A stretch of 64,000 nucleotides of DNA from Octopus sinensis (GCF_006345805.1 NC_043001.1:19344001-19408000); one strand, 5' to 3'; shown: positions 1-13,290, counted from the stretch's first letter. A program made the numbers and translations. Notes: a model not told the origin generated them from the sequence alone.

Positions 1-2562
1 GCAATGTTTCTACAGCTGGATGCCCTTCCTAACGCCAACCACTCCGTGAGTGTAGTAATAATAATAATAATAATAATAATAATGATAATTAATAAACAAA
101 TAAAATACTCACATTTATCATAAATATTGAAAAGAACAGAAAAACTGAAACAAAAGCTAAGATATCTATCGAAGGCTTTATAAATAGTTCCAGCCATGTG
201 AGGGTGTGTTTTAAGATGAACTTCAAGAAGTCTGTTAAACTAGCGACTGATTCTTTCTGCTACTGGTTTAGTTTATCATAGATTTCTTTTTATTAATTTA
301 CAAACGGAAATTAAAATAAACAAATATACACAGGGGGGAACTCACATTGGTAATAATGATCTAACGTAGGCACAAGGCCACACATTTGGAGGGGTCGGAT
401 ATAGTCAAAAATGTCAAACCAGTACTCCACTTGTTCTTTATTATCTGCCCCGGAAAAAATGTAGGACAAACTATAGACCCTAGTGGGATTTGAACTCAAT
501 GATCATAATAATAATAATAATGTCTGATTATTAGAAAAAGTAAAATACCAGGAAAAATAGTTTAATATATGCAAATTGATATACTTATATATTTGAAAAA
601 ATATTTATTAAAAGAAAAAAGAAGATATGATCTATAGAATCTCAAAAAAAGAAAATTTAAAACAATAAAACAGAAAATTTCAAATTTATCTCAACCAAAT
701 TGTATGACATTTAATTTAGTGCTTCACATAATTCAACACACACACACACACTGACACATACACACACACTGACACATACATACACACACAGAGTTTTATT
801 ATCTTATGGCTCATGAAAATTCTATGGCTGTATGGATATGTGAAGCAATAAAATCCATGTAATAGGTATTGGTTTTTCAACTAAAATAACAGAAATATGT
901 TAGTGTAAATTTCTAGACAAATGTCTTTGTGTCCATATAGTATTAGAATGAAATACTTTCTGCATAACAAATCACGAGAAATCTTAGTTTAAAAAATAAA
1001 AGAAGTGATAATGAAAAATATAAACAAATATTTTTTTGTTAAAGTTCAAATAAAAAGCAAAAATTTATGAAATAGTGATTTTTTGGGGGTTTTTTTTTCA
1101 ATCACAAATGAAAAGTGGAAGAAAAAAAGGGGACTAGTGAAAAAACAAAAATTAAACTGCTACATAGTTTTTTTCCATGAAATATCTATACACTTCATAT
1201 TCAACTAAGAACTTACTCTCATCTTGACATTTATTTAATGAAGAGTTTGGCAGATAAAAAGAGGGTGAAAGAGACCATTGGAATTGAAAGCAAAAAATAA
1301 TAATCATAATTGTAAAAATAGACGTTTGCAAATGAGAACTTACAATGAGATGAAAAATAATGAAAATATCATATGCATGGCTTATTTATTTCATGTGTTT
1401 TTTGGGGTCTTTTTTTTTTTTTTTTCAGTTGAAAAGTTTACAATTAGCTGTATTATTGAATAATTTCTCTGTACAAAGTTTGATTGGGAAACAAAGAAAA
1501 TAAAAATAACTCTATTTGTATGTCCATTTTTGTTTCTAACAATAACAGCTGATTCAAACACCCTCTTTCTACCCACACAAAGCAGCAGCAGTAACATAAG
1601 CAAGCAGTTGATAAACTCACAGCCAAATTGTACACATAAATGAGGAGCATCGATTGGACGGGTATCGGGGTGGCGGGTATCAGGTTAACAAAATTATATG
1701 GAATCAGGAAGGAAGTTAGAAATAAACTTGTAATGTTCACATAATACTAAGTTTTTTTTGTTTGCTTTAGTATGATTATATTTCAGTTTTTTCCACATTT
1801 CACAAAAGCAATAATGACCATGTCTCTATTTCACCAGCAAACATAGCAAACTGTTTCTACAAACAATGCCAAAAAATATGGCCTTATTTTCTAAAAATTC
1901 ACTCAAACCAAGTGTGGCATTAACTACTTTTAGTCAGCAGTGTCGATATAAATGATTGATAAAAAAAAACAAACACTAAATACTGACATTATGGTTACTT
2001 ATATCAAGACGAAATAAAACTAAATAATAAAATATATCCAAATTAGGAATATAGTCTTGATTTTTAAAGTTAACCAGAATTAAAATAGTTTAGTTACACA
2101 TGAAGGAAGGTGAGCAAGAAATTATATATAATATATATATATATCTAAAATATAGTCAATATTTCAGATATTCAAAATAGAAAGTTAAATGAAGATTATG
2201 AAAGTAATGAAAAGAAATATTTGCGCATAGCTTGGATCTTGAACATGGCAATCAATAAGCAGTTTCTCTTTAATCCTACTAAAACAGGATTCCACAGTTA
2301 TTTATAGTGCAGCTTTCAAACAAAGACTTATATTTTGTAGGAAAAAAAAATATATAGAAATAAGAAGCTACTCATTAGAATAAGATATAATGGAATTTTC
2401 AATTCAATGTCCAATGAATGAAATCGTTAGAAGAAAAAATTAAAATGACAATTATATACTGCTTCTCAGAATTATAATAGATGGCCAAAGATGAATGACA
2501 GACAGGTTGGTTGGAATATACTATAAACCAATTTAAAGAACAAAATTACTTACTATATAGTT

Positions 2563-2790
2563 TTGACCCTTTAGCATTTAAACCGGCCATATCCAGCCAA
2601 AAGTATTCTACCTGTTTTATGTTCAAACTGGCCAGATCTGGTCTCTCACACCAGCCCTACAATATTGTTTTAAAAATTAACAGCTACCTCATCAAAGCTC
2701 ATAGCTACAAGATAATGCATGATTAGTTCAAAACAATGTGGATAAAAAAGCATTAATTTGGTCAGAAGAAAGTGAATACTAAAGGGTTAA
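2563..2790. mobile_element. piggyBac-type MITE, family P1
   Basis: ttga-CCCTTTAG...CTAAAGGG-ttaa termini. Homologous to 15969-16195. Confidence 0.75.
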
Positions 2791-3068
2791 GTTATTTTTG
2801 TATCTATCAGAATTAAAACAGTTGAATGAATAATTATTATATCACAGTCAGAAACTGAAGATATTTTTTTTTTTTTGTAAATGTATTAACTTAAAATATA
2901 GAATGAATCATAAACTCAGCCATGTGCAAAAACAAATTATTATCATTCCTTCATTTTACTTTATATGTTTAAAAGCTTTTTAAAAATAGCCTATAATACA
3001 TCTTAAGACTTAAAATCGAGAAATAATACCTCAGTATCATATATGTGTATATACATTAGTTACATATC

Positions 3069-3356
3069 TATTTCTTTACTACCCACAAGGGGTTAAACAC
3101 AGAGAGGACAAACAAACGGATTAAGTCGATTATATCAACCCCAGTGCGTAACTGGTACTTATTTAATCGACCCCAGTGCGTAACTGGTATTTATTTAATC
3201 GACCCCAGTGCGTAACTGGTACTTATTTAATCGACCCCGAAAGGATGAAAGGTAAAGTCGACCTCGGCGGAATTTGAACTCACAACGTAGCGGCAGACGA
3301 AATACGGCTACGCATTTCGCCCGGCGTGTTAACGTCTCTGCCAGCTCGCTGCCTTA
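3069..3356 (-). mobile_element. tRNA-derived SINE family A with an internal 32-bp triplication
   Basis: B-box GTTCAAATTCC on the minus strand. TSD agttacatatc at 3058-3068 and 3357-3367. The unit cgaccccagtgcgtaactggtacttatttaat occurs three times. Confidence 0.9.
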
Positions 3357-4167
3357 AGTTACATATCGTTTAAGCAGTCTCAATATAAGTATATCTACCA
3401 AAAAATATACATCACTAATACAAACAACGTACTTTGACTCTTTAAAAACTGTTTTAAATATTTGATATTATAATTAATTTATTTTGGTTTCGTGTCAGTT
3501 AATCAAAAAACATGAACAAAAAATAATTGATCAAAGTAACATTTTCTCAAACAATTTATCAAATTATAGCAAATATTGGCAATATGGAAAATAGATTGAA
3601 AAAGATAAAAAAGGTTATATTGGTACATTTTTTTTAAAATTATTTTTAATATCAAAATGTTATACTGTGCATGTGTGTGTGTGTCATGTTTATTTTTATA
3701 GTCTGAAAACAGGATAGTTTGTGTTGATAGCCTTTATCAAGGTCAATGCAAAATTTCAGTTAATTGAAGCATTTGAAAAGGGTGCTAATGTTATTACAGT
3801 ACAAAGCAATTAGCAGTTGAACAAAATCATAAAAATGTGTTATGTCACACATTAGGGCAGTAACAGTACAGAAATAGTCAATTATATTAGTGCATTCTTG
3901 AAATGATTCAGCGAGCTTTTAAAATTCAGTCAAGAATCCTGATATTTTTTAATGCTTAGATCAAATGTTTCTTTATGTGACAATATAATTATTTTAGAAA
4001 GAAATTATTTAAATATTTGCTATAATTCAATTGGTTGGAGTAATTATTAATTCGATTAACTGTTTTTTGGTCACCTACATTCAATAAATTCTAGTTCAAT
4101 CTACTGCAAACATAACCATTTACTTCTGTATTACAAAATGAGTGCTGTTTTAGTAACTGAATTTTAT

Positions 4168-4383
4168 GTGGAGGCGCGTGGCTTAGTTCTTAGGGTGTCA
4201 GTACCATGATCGTAAGATTGTGGTTTCGATTCCTGGACTGGGTGATGCGTAGTGCTCTTGAGCAAAACACTTCATTTCACGATGCCCCAGTCCACTCAGC
4301 TGGCAAAAATGAGTAACGCTGCGATGGACTGGCGTCCCGTCCAGCTGGAGAACACATACCCCATAGAAACCGGGCCCCCAAAA
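4168..4383 (+). mobile_element. tRNA-derived SINE family D
   Basis: A-box-like TGGCTTAGTTC and B-box GTTTCGATTCC. 13-bp TSD aactgaattttat at 4155-4167 and 4384-4396. Confidence 0.85.
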
Positions 4384-4918
4384 AACTGAATTTTATATAG
4401 GCATTTGCAATAAATAACAAATAGCAGTCCTACAATCTATCTTACATAGTTCACAGGTTTAACAGCTGAATTTGAATGTAAATGAAAGAATTGAGAAATA
4501 AAGGTGGAAATTCAGTTCAAAGTACCAAAAAGCTGCACTGACCACACGTGTGTCCCAAAATGACACCATAAGAATACTGAATGCAATGAAATCATTTACA
4601 CACTCTTATAATTATGATTTTTGACGTAGGCACGAGGCCGCAAATTTCAAAAGAGAGTTGGATGTATAGATGAACAAACCACAGTTTGCTAAAAATTCTG
4701 TAATTTCTATCATTTAATGCATTTTTAAAAAATAATTTAGTTAGAAAATACGCTGCAGAAAAAGGAAAATAAAATGCTTGCTAATCAAACAAATTACTTT
4801 AAAAAGATAAAACTGAATTATCAAAAACTCAACGTAATCTATAGATGTCTTAACATTTCTAACAGACTATTCAAAAGTACTCTTTTATTGTGAAATATGT
4901 TATAGGCACGAGATACCA

Positions 4919-5095
4919 CCATGCTGAAAATAGCAGCCATGATCTGACTCTAAAACCACCTTAATTGTCCATATATCAAGACGGAGAGAAAACAAAGAGA
5001 CAAGATGAAACTAGTAAAAAATTTTCTCTCCGTGTTGATATATGGACAATTAAGGTGGTTTTAGAGTTAGATCACGGCTGCTATTTTCAGCATGG
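4919..5095. repeat. Long inverted repeat: 74-bp arms, 29-nt spacer
   Basis: Arms 4919-4992 and 5022-5095 are reverse complements with 3 mismatches. Confidence 0.95.
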
Positions 5096-6027
5096 ATATC
5101 TTGTAGATACCCTAATTTATAAATCTTAATAATTATTACCTTTGAAGGTTATTTTTTCCATGCTGACCACTTGATAAAATCGTTATTTTATTTTTAAATT
5201 AACGATCTTATCCTTATTTATATAAATTTATGATGTAGCATGAAACGATCATACCAAATTACCGAAGATATTAATGTTGCTTATTTTGATTATAATCACC
5301 CCATGGATTTATATAGATAACACCATACAAAATTCTGGTGCATCTAACTTAAGTACCATATTCATTTGAATCTAAATTTTGCTGAACTTATATATATATA
5401 TATTATACATATATATATATATAAAGAGAGAGTGTGTGTGTGTGTGTGTATGTATGTATAAATGGTAATGAAATACAACTATGCTGATGTTGTTTAGCCC
5501 AAGGCTGATTTTGATCATACAGGCATATGGTCAAACAGATTCCAGTCATGGTCAAATGAATATCTAGGACTACATCATCAAATGTATTCTTCCTTTATTT
5601 AACATGATAGTATGAGCTTTGTAATTTGAGGGAGATTTGGCTGTTATCAACCAGTGAATCCTCTCTTGATTCCTAATAAATTTAATGAGTAGAAACTGCA
5701 TTTGTTTGTTTTCCTGTAGAATTGTAAGATATTTGCTATTATTTACAAGCCACAATAAGTAGGAAACTAATTACTAAGGTATAGTAATGCTTTGTATATC
5801 TGTCATCATGTAGACAACTTCTGAACAAACTGAAGAAGAGGTAAATATATACACTCACTAGTCTATATGACTGTAAGTACCACACAGTGCTAAATAGAAA
5901 AAAATTGTTTTTGTGTATGTAGTGTAATTCAATTATTTTGTAATTATGTTTAAATCAAACATATAAATTTCATTTTTAAAAAATGACAAAAATGTTTAAT
6001 GCAGAAAGGAAAAAAAAAAAGGTACAT

Positions 6028-6310
6028 AGAAAGTTAATAATAAAAACAGGGGAAAGAAGATAACCTTCCAAATATCTCAAAAAAAAAGATTATCAAAGAA
6101 TACTGAAATATGAGAAAGCTATGTTTGAAAATTGAAATAAAAAATGGTTTTGGTACGGATCAACTATAGAAAGTTAAAAAAATAAGAACAGAGAAAAGGA
6201 AGATATCCTTCCAATATCTCAAAAAAAGATTATCAAGGAATACTGAAATAGAAGAAAGTTATGTTAGAAAATTGAAAGGGAAAATGGTTTTGGTACAGAT
6301 TGACGATAAA
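6028..6310. repeat. Diverged tandem duplication, unit about 140 bp
   Basis: agaaagtta...ccttcca(a)atatctcaaaaaaa...ggttttggtac occurs from about 6028 and about 6168. Confidence 0.8.
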
Positions 6311-6842
6311 AACTGGGCTAATTTATCTTACTGTAAAGCTTTTTCAATCCCAAGACTAATGGAAAGGAGAGAATAGGAATGCAGCATTGGCAATGCAAAA
6401 TAAAATACTGGAAGTTTTCACCATGAAGGCTGAGATAAAATTTCTCATTTAAAAATAATTTTTTATTAAAATGTAAAGCTGGATACCTAAACTATAACTT
6501 AACCGAATGTAATTTGTTCATAACAGTAACAGTAAAGTGTAATTACAAGAAGCATTAAGAACATGGTACCTAAATCAAAGAACTTCAAAAGTTATAAACA
6601 AGATTCCATGTTATTGGGAAATACTATGAATATACTAGATTACTGAAGTAAAGAAAAAAAAGACAGGAAAGAGAAATTTAAATTAATATAATGGAAGAAT
6701 TCAGACTGATTAGAGAGAAAATAGGGACTAAGTTCAAGGAAAAAGTGAATGAGTAAGTTCAGTATGTACAGTGAAGGAATCTGAATGAAGTATTTATGCA
6801 GAAACCATGCAATATGTCACGTGGACCTTGCACAAAAGATAC

Positions 6843-6888
<46 letters not shown>

Positions 6889-7095
6889 TCATGTAGTTAT
6901 GCAGAAGTTCAGGCTGTTTACTTTGGCAAGGAAGCAATAAGACTGAAAGTCTTTGTGATCAACAGCAGAGATCAAGAAACTACTGAAGTGAAACACTAAC
7001 ATTGGATGAGTATACCTAATGAGGTAGCAAACATATTATATGTAATCCACTTTACAGGATCATGAAATATATTGAGGGAGAAGTGAAATCAATTT

Positions 7096-9021
7096 CTCTG
7101 GGAGACCGAGTCATGTCGATGGATTTTCTCACGTAACTGTAGAGGAATAAGGAAGTCGTATCAGTAGAAGCAAAGGAAGATGGAATATTTCCAGAAATGA
7201 AAGCATGGCTGTATTTTGAAAAATGCCCAGAAGATAGATTTGAAGGGACAGTGAAACATCCGAGGTATAGCTCTGGGAGACAGAGTCATGTCGATGGATT
7301 TTCTCACGTAACTATAGAGGAATAAGGAAGTCGTATCAGTAGAAGCAAAGGAAGATGGAATATTTCCAGAAATGAAAGCATGGCTGTATTTTGAAAAATG
7401 CCCAGAAGATTGATTTGAAGGGACAGTGAAACATCCGAGGTATAGCTCTGGGAGACAGAGTCATGTCGATGGATTTTCTCACGTAACTGTAGAGGAATAA
7501 GGAAGTCGTATCAGTAGAAGCAAAGGAAGATGGAATATTTCCAGAAATGAAAGCATGGCTGTATTTTGAAAAGTGCCCAGAAGATTGATTTGAAGGGACA
7601 GTGAAACATCCGAGGTATAGCTCTGGGAGACAGAGTCATGTCGATGGATTTTCTCACGTAACTATAGAGGAATAAGGAAGTCGTATCAGTAGAAGCAAAG
7701 GAAGATGGAATATTTCCAGAAATGAAAGCATGGCTGTATTTTGAAAAATGCCCAGAAGATTGATTTGAAGGGACAGTGAAACATCCGAGGTATAGCTCTG
7801 GGAGACAGAGTCATGTCGATGGATTTTCTCACGTAACTGTAGAGGAATAAGGAAGTCGTATCAGTAGAAGCAAAGGAAGATGGAATATTTCCAGAAATGA
7901 AAGCATGGCTGTATTTTGAAAAGTGCCCAGAAGATAGATTTGAAGGGACAGTGAAACATCCGAGGTATAGCTCTGGGAGACAGAGTCATGTCGATGGATT
8001 TTCTCACGTAACTATAGAGGAATAAGGAAGTCGTATCAGTAGAAGCAAAGGAAGATGGAATATTTCCAGAAATGAAAGCATGGCTGTATTTTGAAAAGTG
8101 CCCAGAAGATTGATTTGAAGGGACAGTGAAACATCCGAGGTATAGCTCTGGGAGACAGAGTCATGTCGATGGATTTTCTCACGTAACTATAGAGGAATAA
8201 GGAAGTCGTATCAGTAGAAGCAAAGGAAGATGGAATATTTCCAGAAATGAAAGCATGGCTGTATTTTGAAAAGTGCCCAGAAGATAGATTTGAAGGGACA
8301 GTGAAACATCCGAGGTATAGCTCTGGGAGACAGAGTCATGTCGATGGATTTTCTCACGTAACTGTAGAGGAATAAGGAAGTCGTATCAGTAGAAGCAAAG
8401 GAAGATGGAATATTTCCAGAAATGAAAGCATGGCTGTATTTTGAAAAGTGCCCAGAAGATAGATTTGAAGGGACAGTGAAACATCCGAGGTATAGCTCTG
8501 GGAGACAGAGTCATGTCGATGGATTTTCTCACGTAACTGTAGAGGAATAAGGAAGTCGTATCAGTAGAAGCAAAGGAAGATGGAATATTTCCAGAAATGA
8601 AAGCATGGCTGTATTTTGAAAAGTGCCCAGAAGATAGATTTGAAGGGACAGTGAAACATCCGAGGTATAGCTCTGGGAGACAGAGTCATGTCGATGGATT
8701 TTCTCACGTAACTGTAGAGGAATAAGGAAGTCGTTCAGTAGAAGCAAAGGAAGATGGAATATTTCCAGAAATGAAAGCATGGCTGTATTTTGAAAAGTGC
8801 CCAGAAGATAGATTTGAAGGGACAGTGAAACATCCGAGGTATAGCTCTGGGAGACAGAGTCATGTCGATGGATTTTCTCACGTAACTATAGAGGAATAAG
8901 GAAGTCGTATCAGTAGAAGCAAAGGAAGATGGAATATTTCCAGAAATGAAAGCATGGCTGTATTTTGAAAAGTGCCCAGAAGATAGATTCGAAGGGACAG
9001 TGAAACATCCGAGGTATAGCT
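7096..9021. repeat. Tandem satellite array, 175-bp unit x 11
   Basis: Unit starts ctctgggagac at 7096, 7271, 7446, 7621, 7796, 7971, 8146, 8321, 8496, 8671 and 8845. Copies are near-identical. Stops in all three + frames. Confidence 0.98.
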
Positions 9022-9447
9022 GTTAGACTGTAAGTAATAATCTAATGGAAATTTCTATAAATGAATGAAATTGCTGGAAAACAATAACCTGAATTATCTG
9101 TTCTTTTACAAGACAAAACACGAAGAAGGAAGAAAAGAATTTAAAGAAATGATAAACTTGTAAACGGAATCATGCCCAGGCATGTTATGCCTGTCAATGG
9201 AAGCATTCTTGTTGAAATGTCATTTGAATATGGTTTCACACAGAGAGAGTGTTTATCTCATTAGTTCATATTCGCTAAAACATGTCATTACATAAAAAGA
9301 AATTTTAGCTGCAGATTAAAATGGGTCTTGGGGCAATTTTGAAGAAGTTACTTCGTCTAATGTGGTCAAGGAAACAAGAATCATCAAATGCAGTGGTAGA
9401 AATGGGAAATTAATAAACATGTTAGATAGACTTGTGAACTCCCTTTT

Positions 9448-10426
9448 ATGGTAGAAAGGTGTATATACGAGAAAACCTCTGAAGTATAAGACAGATGGTA
9501 GAAAGGTGTATATACGAGAATACTTCTGAAGTATAAGACAGATGGTAGAAAGGTGTATATACGAGAATACTTCTGAAGTATAAGACAGATGGTAGAAAGG
9601 TGTATATACGAGAATACTTCTGAAGTATAAGACAGATGGTAGAAAGGTGTATATACGGGAAAACCTCAGAAGTATAAGACAGATGGTAGAAAGGTGTATA
9701 TACGACGAAACCTCAGAAGTATAAGACAGATGGTAGAAGGTGTATATACGAGAAACCTCTGAAGTATAAGACAGATGGAGAAAGGTGTATATACGGGAAA
9801 ACCTCTGAAGTATAAGACAGATGGTAGAAAGGTGTATATACGAGAATACTTCTGAAGTATAAGACAGATGGTAGAAAGGTGTATATACGAGAATACTTCT
9901 GAAGTATAAGACAGATGGTAGAAAGGTGTATATACGGGAAAACCTCAGAAGTATAAGACAGATGGTAGAAAGGTGTATATACGAGAAAACCTCAGAAGTA
10001 TAAGACAGATGGTAGAAAGGTGTATATACGAGAAAACCTCTGAAGTATAAGACAGATGGTAGAAAGGTGTATATACGGGAAAACCTCTGAAGTATAAGAC
10101 AGATGGTAGAAAGGTGTATATACGAGAAAACCTCTGAAGTATAAGACAGATGGTAGAAAGGTGTATATACGAGAAAACCTCAGAAGTATGAGACAGATGG
10201 TAGAAAGGTGTATATACGAGAAAACCTCTGAAGTATAAGACAGATGGTAGAAAGGTGTATATACGAGAATACCTCTGAAGTATAAGACAGATGGTAGAAA
10301 GGTGTATATACGAGAAAACCTCAGAAGTATAAGACAGATGGTAGAAAGGTGTATATACGAGAATACCTCTGAAGTATAAGACAGATGGTAGAAAGGTGTA
10401 TATACGAGAAAACCTCGGAAGTATAA
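9448..10426. repeat. Minisatellite, 47-bp unit x about 21
   Basis: Consensus atggtagaaaggtgtatatacgagaaaacctctgaagtataagacag, with few substitutions and single-base indels. Confidence 0.98.
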
Positions 10427-12332
10427 TCGAGAAGATAATGAGTTCTATATATCATTCATTGTTACTGAAAAATCCAAGTGGGCAGACAGACCTGACAAAA
10501 CTTTAATTCCAGAAAATATTCCAAAGTGTAGAAAACACTCTGAAAACAGAAAGCTAACTAATGTTATTCACATCAACACTTTATAAATGAACAAAATCAC
10601 TTTTTTTTTTTTACTCCACTTTCTGAATTATATTATACTCAAAATAAATAATTAGCTGTTTGATGTGTAACAATATAACAAGCATGTAAAATATTAGAAG
10701 ATTATTGATTTTCATTAATTGGTGATAGGAAATTCTCAGTACACAGGCAAGTAATAAGACACTACTTTATGAATCATATATTGAAACAAATCAAAAGTTG
10801 TTAAATTTTTAATTTTCTTGTAATCATCCGACTATAAACAGTGCATGAGATTGTTTTTAGACCTACTAATAGTTTTTATTTAAAGAACATCTGTTGGTAA
10901 TTATTGATAATTATCATTAAAAAAAATTACAATAAAGGAAGAAATGTAAGAATATTTAATTGATGTCAACGTTATAATACAATTCACCACTATACTTTAA
11001 ACCAAGAATTAAATGCTATACATGTTATTAAAAACTGCAAATATATAATAAAAATTTAACCATAAGGAATTCAAGTCAATGTCTTTGTAAGCAATATTTT
11101 TTCTTGTCTATTTTTTTTTTTTCTTTTCTTTAAATTCAATATTAGTTCCTTAGAGAATGTCTAAACTTCATTTACAACCTTGGCATCAGTAAGTCAATGA
11201 GGCCAGCTTCATTTATTAGCAATATGCTAAGGTGTACACAACCACATATCTGAAGTTACTTGCAATAGTAACTTGGTTAAAAGATCCAAGAGCTGAGAAA
11301 AGACTACACGAAAAAACTATTTCTATAGACTGGATATTTTGTACCACACAAAAATATATAGTTTGGTTAGTTTGGTTACATTACTGTTTCCATAATTCAT
11401 AAAAAAAATGTAAAACATTTGTTGCTATTTTATACTAGTTCATATTTGTCTTACTTAGCACACAGATGTTGTTCAGGTTGGTAGGAAACAGCAAGAGAAA
11501 AAATTAAAACAAGACAATTTGCTTAATGCCATCGTATATTTAGAAGATACTAAAACAGTCCTTTGTTATTAGAGAAACACTATTGAATTACCAAGTTTCA
11601 GATCAATGGTGATGTAGAAGGATTACAAAGCTATGTGCAACAAGTAGTACATACTTAACATTAATTTAAAACTGTATGTTTGAACAATAAAATAGTGAAA
11701 AAGAAAAAAAAGGTAAAGAAGGACAATTGCATACAACATTGTTGTGCAGACGCACCTTGTGCGAATAAAAAAATACAAAATTGACAAACATGACTGGAAA
11801 ATTATTAAATAGTTGTAAAAATTCGTGATTAATTCAAACAAACGGCTTTATTGTTTATATTCATTTATTCCAAGGATGTTGTAACTGCCATTCAGGCATC
11901 AAATACAAAAACAAATTAGTTAAAATGTCCAATATAAAATGGGAATTTGAAAAGTTGTATGTGTGGTGGACTGCATCTAATCTTAAGGTAGATTGTCAGT
12001 AAATTGAGAAAAGAGGTGTGGGCAACAATCAAAGTAGCATCACCAGAAATGACAAATGGTGTTTAGAAAACAAACTTATCGACAATAATAAAAATAACAA
12101 CTGCACAATGTGGAAGTGAGGGGGGGTGCTGACAACCTTTCAAATAAATAGTTCATATATTTTTGTTATGTTTTTATAATTGTTTGTTTTTTTTTGAGTT
12201 GTTTTAATTTTTTTCTTTGTTTGTTGTTTCGGTTTTTTTTTCTTCTTCTCCATAGTCTTTCAAATTGGTTTTGCTTTTCCAGCAGAGACATCAGTGGGAT
12301 ATTTGTTGGCTAAATGTGTCAGGATTTAATAA

Positions 12333-13170
12333 TAGGAGAGAATCAGATATTTTTTTTAAATCCATAGACACACACACACACATATATGTGCACGTCTGTA
12401 TGCATATGCTATATATATATATATATACTAATAACACACACACAAACATTTATACACACACATAGCTCTACATATATGCACTGTATTAATATATATAGAT
12501 ATAACATACATTTACACAAATGTATTTATGTTAAATATAGATATAACCAAAACACCATAATACATATATGTTACATACAGATAGATCATATAGCATACAA
12601 ACAGCATGTGTGTGGATGGTGTATACAACACAGCACACATCTCTACATATATATACACACCCAAAACACACTCACACCCATCAACCATAATACCGCATAT
12701 AGATAATACGCATGCGTAGTATATATATATATTTATATATACTATATAATATATACATGGGTGTATAGGAGAGAATCAGATATTTTTTTTAAACCATAGA
12801 CACACACACACACATAAATGTGCACGTCTGTATGCATATGCATGTATATATATAATATATATATATATATACACACACACACATACATTTATACACACAC
12901 AAATAGCTCTACATATATATGCACATGTATTTATATATATATAGATATAACATACATTCATACATATATGTTACATACAGATACATATATGCATACAAAC
13001 ATGCATGTGTGTGGATGTGTGTATACACACACACACACATCTCTACATATATATACACACCCAAACACACTCACACCCATTTCACACATACATACCGACA
13101 GATAGATATACATGCATGCGTAGTATATATATATATTTATATATATATATATATACATGTGTGTGTGTGT
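12333..13170. repeat. Tandem duplication of a roughly 430-bp CA/TA-rich block in the HSPBP1 3' UTR / flank
   Basis: taggagagaatcagatattttttt...gtgcacgtctgtatgcatatgc starts at 12333 and 12767, with the same downstream anchors. Confidence 0.9.
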
Positions 13171-13191
13171 ATGGTGAAGTGCAGAGACAGA

Positions 13192-13290
13192 TTACCTTCC
13201 TGCACTTGATGCACATCCAACAGGACTGCTACTGTTACTACCACTTGAACCTAACATCTGCAATATATTTTTCGTGTACTGAAGCTCTTC
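13192..13290 (-). CDS. HSPBP1: HSPBP1 terminal coding exon 6 (EELQYTKNILQMLGSSGSNSSSPVGCASSAGR-stop)
   Basis: Acceptor ttttattgcag|GAA in phase 0. EEL start matches the HSPBP1 C-terminal EELEFC helix. TAA at 13194-13192 closes a 990-nt CDS. Confidence 0.85.
   Translation of the reverse strand, partial: EELQYTKNILQMLGSSGSNSSSPVGCASSAGR

Noticed and set aside
7096-10426. Tandem arrays as a CRISPR array or a repeat-protein exon
   Set aside because: No unique spacers, eukaryotic context, no cas genes. Unit lengths of 175 and 47 are not multiples of 3 and contain stops.
10460-10580. Open frame KSKWADRPDKTLIPENIPKCRKHSENRK as a terminal exon
   Set aside because: Short, with no clear acceptor or homology; expected by chance in purine-rich DNA.
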